Assembly (NCBI RefSeq): GCF_055900595.2
Contig: NZ_CM148325.1
DNA: 64,000 nt
Strand: one strand, 5' to 3'
Position 1 is the first letter of the stretch, and every line of letters begins with the position of its first letter. The notes beneath the pieces are model-generated. The model was given only the letters and a program-made list of their open reading frames with translations, had not been told where the DNA came from and made no database searches. Below are positions 1-7,542 of this stretch, one piece after another. A program made the position numbers and the translations under genes.

Positions 1-2
1 AC

Positions 3-1886
3 ACGCTCAAGATATACCCCACATCTTACATCTACGAAGATAGTTCATTAGGGTATTGGCCCAGTTATTCCTCACTTTCACCTGAAGCACGTGGCGCGTA
101 CCTGAGTTGGCTTACCAGCGACAGATGTGACACTTCTTGCCCAATTGGTTACGTTTTTATTTATCTGTATGGTCTGGAAAGACGGGCGCTTGTTGACAGC
201 AGGGACAGCAATATATCTGACGATGAGTTCTATTCTCTTTTCAAAGAGATCTGCCGTCTCAGATCTGTTTTCAATGAAAACAGATCATTCCGGAACTACT
301 CGTCCCAGTTACTTGAAGCGATGTCCATTCTTCGTCCGAACGAAAATCTTGCAGCAGCTCTCAGCGATGATTCAGAGTTCAGCAATAGCATGCAGTTCAG
401 GTTAATCCTGGCAAAGACTGTTGATGCAGGAGCCCCGGTTCCAGCGGATCTGGCTCTGACGTGGGTGACAAACCATACTGAATACTCATTACGAACCCCC
501 GCCCGCCGCTGTGCGAAAGAATTTGCTGCACTATTTAAACGGCGTTACACCCTTAAATACGGTGAAGGGATGGTAGTGAAGCCGAATAAAGCGCGTCTGC
601 GTTTAGATTACACGCCTGCAAGTCCCAGTTTGAGAGGTATTCGGCTTCCTGTTCCTGACTTGCCTGATCCAAGTGCATTGAAAGGCCCTGTTCAGAAGCT
701 TATGACTCTTGCTGATATATGCACAGGTGAACTGGATGCTTACAGTCGTTACCTTGGTAGAAAAGGCACTTCAGCAAATGATACCGTTGCAATTTTGTTG
801 CTGCCTTCAGAAATCGTTAACGAAAGCGCAGATAAAATATTAAGTGCATTCAAACGCTGGGCTGATGACGCGATCCTCAGTAAGGGGGGAGTAGTTTCAG
901 TTGCTGACTTCTGGTCACACATGAATGCTACCTGTCCGGCAAAGATCAACAAAAAAGAGGCCGACTTGATGCAGGCCTTTGCACAGAAAATGGGGTACTG
1001 CCTGGCTCCTGACCCCTATTACCACCACGTAAAAGCAGATGTCGATGGTGTTCTTGTTTTATTCCCTGCTGGTGAAAGTGGCCGCTTCTCTCCTTCTCCT
1101 GAATTTATCACAGCTGTATTGACGCTCCGATTAGGTTCGGTAGTCGCCTTGATTGACAATTCTTTCGATCAAGCCGAACAGAAAGTGCTTGAGAATGCCA
1201 TCAACAACAATGTCAGCTTCAGCGATGATGAAAAGCGCTCTCTGCACGCATATTTAACGTGGCAGCTTCATACCCCGGCGAATATGACGGGAATGAAAAG
1301 CCGGATTGAATTACTCGGTGCAGCGGAAAAATCAGCTGTGGGTAAGGTTATCGTTAGTGTCGCTTGCTCTGACGGCAGAATTACGCCTGCCGAAATCAAA
1401 CAGCTTGAGAAGATTTATACAAGCCTGGGGTTGGATCCCTCATCCGTATCAAGCAATATCCATCAGCATTCCGTAACTGAAACTGCTCTCGTTTCATCTG
1501 TACCAGCTAATCAGTCGACGGCAGGGTTTACGCTGGATGCCAATGTACTTGCCCGCCACGAATCTGCCACTGATGATGTTCGTAAATTACTGAACTCGAT
1601 TTTCACTGAAGAAGAACCAGAACAACCAGAAAGCGCTCCAGCCTCATTAACCGGGGAAGGGGGGCTTGACTCCGCTCATAGCCAACTTTATCGCAGGTTG
1701 CTGGAGAAAGAACAATGGTCCAGAAAAGAGGCGACAGAGTTGTGTAGTAACTGGAACCTGATGCTCGGCGGTGCGCTTGAGGTGATTAACGATTGGTCCT
1801 ATGCGGTGGTTGATGCACCAGTGCTGGAAGATGCTGATGATCACATTTGGGTTGACCTGGAAATAGCCAAAGAATTAGAGGGTTAG
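3..1886 (+). CDS. TerB-N/TerB-C-like domain protein, 5'-truncated by window edge; first gene of Shango-like defence operon
   Basis: Frame 3 is open from window start with no stop before the annotated Met at 321; upstream translation reads ...YWPSYSSLSPEARGAYLSWL...GYVFIYLYGLERR (TerB-N-like); C-terminal region has VACSDGRITPAEIKQLEKIY (TerB-like). Stop at 1886, 3 nt before next gene. Confidence 0.6.
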   Translation, partial: TLKIYPTSYIYEDSSLGYWPSYSSLSPEARGAYLSWLTSDRCDTSCPIGYVFIYLYGLERRALVDSRDSNISDDEFYSLFKEICRLRSVFNENRSFRNYSSQLLEAMSILRPNENLAAALSDDSEFSNSMQFRLILAKTVDAGAPVPADLALTWVTNHTEYSLRTPARRCAKEFAALFKRRYTLKYGEGMVVKPNKARLRLDYTPASPSLRGIRLPVPDLPDPSALKGPVQKLMTLADICTGELDAYSRYLGRKGTSANDTVAILLLPSEIVNESADKILSAFKRWADDAILSKGGVVSVADFWSHMNATCPAKINKKEADLMQAFAQKMGYCLAPDPYYHHVKADVDGVLVLFPAGESGRFSPSPEFITAVLTLRLGSVVALIDNSFDQAEQKVLENAINNNVSFSDDEKRSLHAYLTWQLHTPANMTGMKSRIELLGAAEKSAVGKVIVSVACSDGRITPAEIKQLEKIYTSLGLDPSSVSSNIHQHSVTETALVSSVPANQSTAGFTLDANVLARHESATDDVRKLLNSIFTEEEPEQPESAPASLTGEGGLDSAHSQLYRRLLEKEQWSRKEATELCSNWNLMLGGALEVINDWSYAVVDAPVLEDADDHIWVDLEIAKELEG

Positions 1887-1889
1887 TGA

Positions 1890-3206
1890 ATGTCTGTAAC
1901 ACGTATAAGAGTGAAAGAGCGCGACGCTATTATTCAGTCACTTAAGTCGGGAGTAACGCCAAGGATAGGTATTCAGCATATCCAGGTTGGCCGCGTGAAT
2001 GAGATAACCGCCCTCCATCAGGATATTGAACGGATTGCTGATGGCGGGGCAAGCTTCAGACTTATCATTGGTGAGTATGGTTCCGGCAAAACGTTCTTTT
2101 TAAGTGTTGTACGGTCTATTGCGTTAGAGAAAAAGCTGGTCACGGTCAGTGCAGACCTTTCTCCCGACAGACGTATTCACTCATCGGGAGGTCAGGCTCG
2201 TAATCTCTACTCAGAGCTTATGAAAAATATGTCCACCAGAAACAAACCAGATGGCAATGCATTACTTAGCGTTGTGGAAAGGTTTGTTACTGAGGCAAGG
2301 AAGGAAGCTGATGCGAACGGCTCCCAGGTCTCATCCGTTATTCATAAACGCCTTGCTGCTTTGTCAGATATGGTGGGTGGATATGACTTTGCGAAGGTCA
2401 TTGACGCATTCTGGCGCGGGCATGAGCAGGATAACGAAACCTTAAAATCCAATGCTATTCGCTGGTTGCGGGGCGAGTACACCACAAAAACTGATGCCCG
2501 TAATGATCTTGACGTCCGAACGATTATCTCAGACGCCTCGTTCTATGACTCTTTGAAGTTGATGAGCCTTTTTGTCCGTCAGGCAGGCTATGCCGGACTT
2601 TTAGTTAGCCTCGACGAGATGGTGAACCTCTTCAAGTTGAATAATACGCAAGCGAGAACGGCCAACTACGAACAAATTTTGCGGATCCTGAATGACTGCC
2701 TGCAAGGCTCCGCCGAAAATATTGGTTTTATCCTCGGGGGGACGCCAGAGTTTCTTTTCGATCCACGTAAGGGGCTCTACAGCTATGAAGCGCTCCAGTC
2801 GCGTCTGGCAGAAAATCGATTCGCACAGAAAGCTGGCGTGATTGACTACTCGTCTCCCACGCTACATCTTGCCAGCCTCACTCCTGAGGAACTGTATATT
2901 TTACTGAAAAATCTTCGTCATGTTTATGCTGGTGGAGATCCCGCAAATTATCTGGTGCCAGATGAGGCTCTGACCGGGTTTCTGCATCACTGCAGCAAAA
3001 CCATCGGAGATGCTTACTTTCGAACTCCCCGCAATACCATAAAAGGTTTTCTGGATATGCTGGCTGTGCTGGAACAAAACAGTACGATGAACTGGCAAGC
3101 TCTCATTGAGGGGGTGGCGATTGAAGAAGACAAGCCCAGCGATATGGGGGATGCCATTGTGGAGGAAAGTGATGACGATGATGGCCTGGCGAATTTCAGA
3201 CTATGA
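1890..3206 (+). CDS. P-loop ATPase (DUF2791/BrxD-like family), second gene of Shango-like operon
   Basis: 438 aa; Walker A GEYGSGKTFFLS; Walker B-like LLVSLDEM; GAGGG RBS upstream; stop overlaps next start (ATGA at 3203-3206). Confidence 0.7.
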   Translation: MSVTRIRVKERDAIIQSLKSGVTPRIGIQHIQVGRVNEITALHQDIERIADGGASFRLIIGEYGSGKTFFLSVVRSIALEKKLVTVSADLSPDRRIHSSGGQARNLYSELMKNMSTRNKPDGNALLSVVERFVTEARKEADANGSQVSSVIHKRLAALSDMVGGYDFAKVIDAFWRGHEQDNETLKSNAIRWLRGEYTTKTDARNDLDVRTIISDASFYDSLKLMSLFVRQAGYAGLLVSLDEMVNLFKLNNTQARTANYEQILRILNDCLQGSAENIGFILGGTPEFLFDPRKGLYSYEALQSRLAENRFAQKAGVIDYSSPTLHLASLTPEELYILLKNLRHVYAGGDPANYLVPDEALTGFLHHCSKTIGDAYFRTPRNTIKGFLDMLAVLEQNSTMNWQALIEGVAIEEDKPSDMGDAIVEESDDDDGLANFRL

Positions 3207-5401
3207 GCAGTGCCTACAATAGTCTCGATCCCCGTGTCCGTAAGTGGATTTATAAGCAGGGCTGGTCATCATTAAGGCCCTTGCAGGAGAGCTCTATTCC
3301 GGCAATTTTAGCCCGTGATCGTGATGTACTAATTAGTGCAGGTACAGCTGCGGGTAAAACAGAGGCTTTCTTTCTTCCTGCCTGTTCAGCGATTGCAGAT
3401 CTCACTGGTGGATTTGGCATTATCTATATCAGTCCGTTGAAGGCATTGATTAACGATCAGCACCGTCGTCTTGAGAGCCTGGGGGAAGCCCTGGAAATGC
3501 AAGTGACGCCCTGGCACGGGGATGTACCACAAAGCAAAAAGAAGAAAGCACGGACAAGCCCGTCAGGTATCTTACTTATCACACCTGAATCACTTGAGTC
3601 TTTGCTCATAAACTCATTGGGTTGGCTCAAACAGGCGTTTTCTTCAGTGGCATACATTGTTATTGATGAGTTCCACGCTTTTATTGGCTCAGAGCGTGGT
3701 ATACAACTGCTTTCGCTGCTTAATAGAATTGACCATGTGCTGGGACGCCAGTTAAATCCAGTTCCCCGTGTCGCGTTGAGTGCCACTCTGGGAGAGCTGG
3801 AAAAAGTGCCAGAATTATTGCGTCCGGATAAGAGATTACCTTGTGAAACGGTAACAGACAGTAATAGCACCGCTACACTACAAGTTCAGGTTAAAGGTTA
3901 TCTTGAGCGGGTGCCCGAAAAAGGGGAAGAGCTCCAGAGCTCTGCTGAACAGCTCGTCTGCGCGGATATTTTCAGGCTCTGTCGTGGCGATTCCCACCTG
4001 GTCTTTGCTAACAGTCGAAAGCGTACTGAAAGCATAGCGGCAATACTGAGCGACATGTGTGAAGCAAATGTCGTTCCTAATGAATTCTTTCCTCATCATG
4101 GCTCCCTTGCCAGGGAGTTACGTGAGGCGCTTGAAGCCCGACTGCAGAAAGGGAATTTGCCCACAACCGCTGTTTGTACAATGACGCTGGAGCTGGGTAT
4201 TGATATTGGTAAGGTGCAGTCTGTCATACAAGTGACACCTCCGCATTCTGTTTCCAGTCTGCGTCAACGCATGGGACGTTCAGGGCGGCGCGATTCCCCA
4301 TCGGTGCTGAGAATGTTAATTACTGAACCTGAACTTACCGCAACCAGCAGCATTGTGGATCATTTACGGCTGCAGTTGGTTCAGGCGATGGCAATGATCA
4401 GGTTGATGATCTCTAAGCGCTGGTTCGAGCCTGCAGATATCCGGCAGAAACATTACTCCACACTACTACACCAGATCCTGGCTATTACTGCACAATGGGG
4501 AGGTGTTCGTGCCGATCAACTCTGGTCACAACTTTGCCAGACAGGTCCGTTCCGGAATGTGGATATAAATGACTTTAAAAGTCTGCTTAAACATATGGGG
4601 ACATGTGGCCTGCTCAGTCAACTAGCCAGCGGTGAAATAGTTGTCGGGGCTGAGGGGGAGAAGCTGACTAATCACTACACGTTTTATGCCGTATTCAATA
4701 CACCTGAGGAGTTTCGCATTGTAACGGGAAACCGAACTCTTGGCACAGTGCCTGTAGACTCCCCACTTTTGCCGGAGCAGCACATCATCTTCGGCGGACG
4801 GCGCTGGAAAGTGACAGAGATCGAGGTTGAAAAAAAGGTTATCTATGTTGAGGCGACTAAAGGCGGTCAGCCACCACTATTCAGTGGTAGCGGGATGTCT
4901 GTTCATGATGTTGTTCGCCAGGAGATGCTCGCTATCTACAGGGAAAATGATTACCGTATCGCGGTAGGCAACAAGAGAGTCGATTATGCTGATGCCGCAG
5001 CCAGAAGCCTCTTTGCGGAAGGAAGTGACAACTTCCAACGCTACAATCTACACAATGACTGTTTTATTGCCAGTGGTCAGAACTGCTACGTGATCCCGTG
5101 GATGGGGGATAAAATTGTCAATACAATTACGTCCCTGCTTATACGTTGTGGCTTTAAAGCCAGTTCATTTGCAGGTGTGATAGAGGTAGAGGACTCAGGC
5201 GTTGCCTCTGTCCAGCGTGTACTTAAGAAAATGCTATTGTCGGGGTTACCTTCAGAGTTTGAGCTTGCTGCAGTTGTTCCTGACAAGTATCTGGATAAAT
5301 ATGACGAGTATTTACCAGAGACTTTGCTTGCTAAAGGGTATGGGGCACAGGCGTATGATATAGAAGGAACGTGCACCTGGCTGCAGAAACACCTTCAGTA
5401 G
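3203..5401 (+). CDS. Superfamily-2 DExH helicase (Lhr/DEAD-DEAH-like) with about 300 aa C-terminal extension, third gene of Shango-like operon
   Basis: 732 aa; motif I GTAAGKTEAF, motif II VIDEFHAF, motif III ALSATLG, motif VI QRMGRSGRRD; translationally coupled to the ATPase. Confidence 0.75.
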   Translation: MSSAYNSLDPRVRKWIYKQGWSSLRPLQESSIPAILARDRDVLISAGTAAGKTEAFFLPACSAIADLTGGFGIIYISPLKALINDQHRRLESLGEALEMQVTPWHGDVPQSKKKKARTSPSGILLITPESLESLLINSLGWLKQAFSSVAYIVIDEFHAFIGSERGIQLLSLLNRIDHVLGRQLNPVPRVALSATLGELEKVPELLRPDKRLPCETVTDSNSTATLQVQVKGYLERVPEKGEELQSSAEQLVCADIFRLCRGDSHLVFANSRKRTESIAAILSDMCEANVVPNEFFPHHGSLARELREALEARLQKGNLPTTAVCTMTLELGIDIGKVQSVIQVTPPHSVSSLRQRMGRSGRRDSPSVLRMLITEPELTATSSIVDHLRLQLVQAMAMIRLMISKRWFEPADIRQKHYSTLLHQILAITAQWGGVRADQLWSQLCQTGPFRNVDINDFKSLLKHMGTCGLLSQLASGEIVVGAEGEKLTNHYTFYAVFNTPEEFRIVTGNRTLGTVPVDSPLLPEQHIIFGGRRWKVTEIEVEKKVIYVEATKGGQPPLFSGSGMSVHDVVRQEMLAIYRENDYRIAVGNKRVDYADAAARSLFAEGSDNFQRYNLHNDCFIASGQNCYVIPWMGDKIVNTITSLLIRCGFKASSFAGVIEVEDSGVASVQRVLKKMLLSGLPSEFELAAVVPDKYLDKYDEYLPETLLAKGYGAQAYDIEGTCTWLQKHLQ

Positions 5402-5415
5402 ACTGGATATGTAGT

Positions 5416-5452
5416 CAGGGTATAAATAACTTATTTATACCCTGATTTTTTT
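5416..5452 (+). terminator. Rho-independent terminator after helicase gene
   Basis: 13-bp stem CAGGGTATAAATA/TATTTATACCCTG with 5-nt loop, followed by TTTTTTT, 15 nt downstream of the stop at 5401. Confidence 0.6.
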
Positions 5453-5578
5453 ACTTCCCGGTGGACTTACTTGGCTTTAGTCCCGGAGTGTTGCCAGGAG
5501 TATCTTTATTATCTCGTCGGCGTTGATCTGGTTTTCCTGTCGATTTAGCAATTGGTTTTGGACCAGGTTTAAGACCCA
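5451..5578 (-). CDS. Hypothetical small basic K/P-rich protein (42 aa from internal Met; the ORF track extends it to 5651)
   Basis: MGLKPGPKPIAKSTGKPDQRRRDNKDTPGNTPGLKPSKSTGK; AAGGA RBS about 9 nt upstream of the ATG at 5578; convergent with the helicase and sharing the hairpin. Coding status uncertain. Confidence 0.2.
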
Positions 5579-5882
5579 TGATAGTTATCCTTTTGAGATG
5601 TAAGAGGGAAGCCCTCAACATTGGTATATTGGATACTGAGAAATTTTTCAATGGGAGTGATAAACGGCCGAATGATTAACTCGATATTGTGATCAACGTC
5701 TGTTTTTTGCACACTGTAGACTGACTCTTGGAGCAGAAGGTTGCTCTGAGCGAGGAATGGACAGTTACACTCATCACCAACGCCAATAGCCTCATTACGC
5801 GTATAAAGCTGTATTAATCATTGGGGAACAGTTTAATGCGGGATTTTCGACTTATGGACTTGATTCAGGTGTCAAAATTAAA

Positions 5883-6899
5883 ATGAGCAGTGTAAGGACA
5901 GACAAGTTCATTAGGTATGGTTTTGCGGTTGTGGCGATAGTTGCCATACTCATTACTACTATCACAACCCCCAATCCCACACCTTATCAATATATAGTTT
6001 ACCGAATAGTTCTGGCTCTGGCTGCCGGATGTATTGGTGCAGTTCTGCCTGGTTTCCTTGAAGTAAAATTTAATGGGTGGTTAAGAGCATCTGGCGCAGT
6101 GGCGATCTTCGCTATAGTGTTTTTCATAAGCCCAGATTTGCTTCAACAAAATCCTGAATCTGCAAGTAAACCTGTACCGCCTACTGTGATTGATGCATAT
6201 GCCGTTAATAGTTCCAATCGCGACAGATACCTCGAATTATTTCGAACAGGACAGTTCGGTCAGCGGGACAAGCTGCGCATCGGTTGTGTTGAGTGGAGTG
6301 AATCATCGTGCGTGGCTGCTGGTAATTTTTTGCGATTGTTAAGCGAAGCTGGCTGGGAAATCGATTCTGACGCTGTATTCAGAATGCAACCATCCGTGCC
6401 AGTTGAGGGGGTATCGATTGTAAGCCGTGGCGATGATCTGGTCGGTTTGCCAAAAGTACCACCCCACATGGGCCGTTGGAGTCGATCAGACATTAGTTAT
6501 GAAATTTTGACAGCGGCATTTAAATTGATGGGAGTTCCGGTTTATTTTTCCAGTGACCCGACATTACAACCAGGTACTACCGGAGTGTACTTTGGACCGA
6601 AACCGAAACTGGATGCACCAGTCATGCAAAAAGATGAGAATGTGCGACGTGAGCTTCTCCGCTACGTCGGTTTGGGAATGACTATTCAGCGAGCCTGCTC
6701 TCAGCAGCCCGTCGAACTTTGTGGGGGTGAAATCTTTTCCTGGGAAACGTCGGTATCTTCGTTCCTAAGGCAGCAGAGATTCAACTCCGATGCCGTAAAC
6801 AGATGGCTTGCCTTGCCGCAGGTTAATGCGGCTTCGGCAACTGCAGACATGAAAATAAAGCTAGATTTGTTAATGTCATTTGTTCTGGGCATCGAGTAA
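5883..6899 (+). CDS. Hypothetical membrane-anchored protein: three predicted N-terminal TM helices plus about 250 aa soluble domain
   Basis: 338 aa; hydrophobic segments FAVVAIVAILITTITT, IVLALAAGCIGAVLPGFL, ASGAVAIFAIVFFI; no motif I recognise in the soluble part. Confidence 0.55.
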   Translation: MSSVRTDKFIRYGFAVVAIVAILITTITTPNPTPYQYIVYRIVLALAAGCIGAVLPGFLEVKFNGWLRASGAVAIFAIVFFISPDLLQQNPESASKPVPPTVIDAYAVNSSNRDRYLELFRTGQFGQRDKLRIGCVEWSESSCVAAGNFLRLLSEAGWEIDSDAVFRMQPSVPVEGVSIVSRGDDLVGLPKVPPHMGRWSRSDISYEILTAAFKLMGVPVYFSSDPTLQPGTTGVYFGPKPKLDAPVMQKDENVRRELLRYVGLGMTIQRACSQQPVELCGGEIFSWETSVSSFLRQQRFNSDAVNRWLALPQVNAASATADMKIKLDLLMSFVLGIE

Positions 6900-7542
6900 C
6901 TATACCTCTTGCGAGGATGATTGAGCGTCTAATGGACCAGCTTAGCCGTTAGCGCTATTTGTTTACGTAAGCCTGTGGAATCCAACTAGTGCTTCTACGA
7001 TGCGTTGTTTGGTGAAAAAAAAGTGTTGAAGCACTGGTTTTAGACAACTAAAGCCACGATTTGCTCATGCGTCGAAAATGTAGTCGTCTACTGTGTAGCA
7101 CGGAGGCGATATTCGTACGCTTACACTTGCCGATAGGCCACTGGGGAGTGTTCTTGGCACTAAGCTGCCAGGCCCGAAGGTCTGCTATGAGCGAGGGGCT
7201 GACATTCCTATTGGCATTCGGTGTGAGTTATCGGGGGCGGTCATGCGGCATACTTCCGATACAGGCGTTTCCAGCTCTGCCTGTTTCAGGGTTATATTAA
7301 TCTGCTTTAGAATTAATCGTGGCTTTAGCATCTGCACATCGTGCTGGAGAAACCTGAGTGAACTAAATCATATTCCCTTTCTTCAGCTAATCAATTGATA
7401 GTTATGCGGAAAAAGTTACTTTGCTTGTCAATAATCCATTTCACATCCGTTAATTCAATGCTATGCGTCTTCGCATTAATCTGGAAAGGTAGTAAGTGAA
7501 ATAAAAACTTAGCCAATGACTAATATCTGAGGATACTTTGTC

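Noticed and set aside
127-405. 92-aa ORF at the window start, overlapping the annotated start of the first gene
   Set aside because: Frame 3 is open from position 3 and translates to TerB-N-like sequence continuous with the 321..1886 ORF, so the 127..405 ORF is an alternative-frame artefact inside a 5'-truncated gene.
7061-7300. 79-aa ORF in the intergenic region between the 338-aa and 786-aa genes
   Set aside because: No convincing RBS, Cys/Arg-rich low-complexity translation, and it lies exactly inside the inverted-repeat-bounded segment; more likely non-coding.
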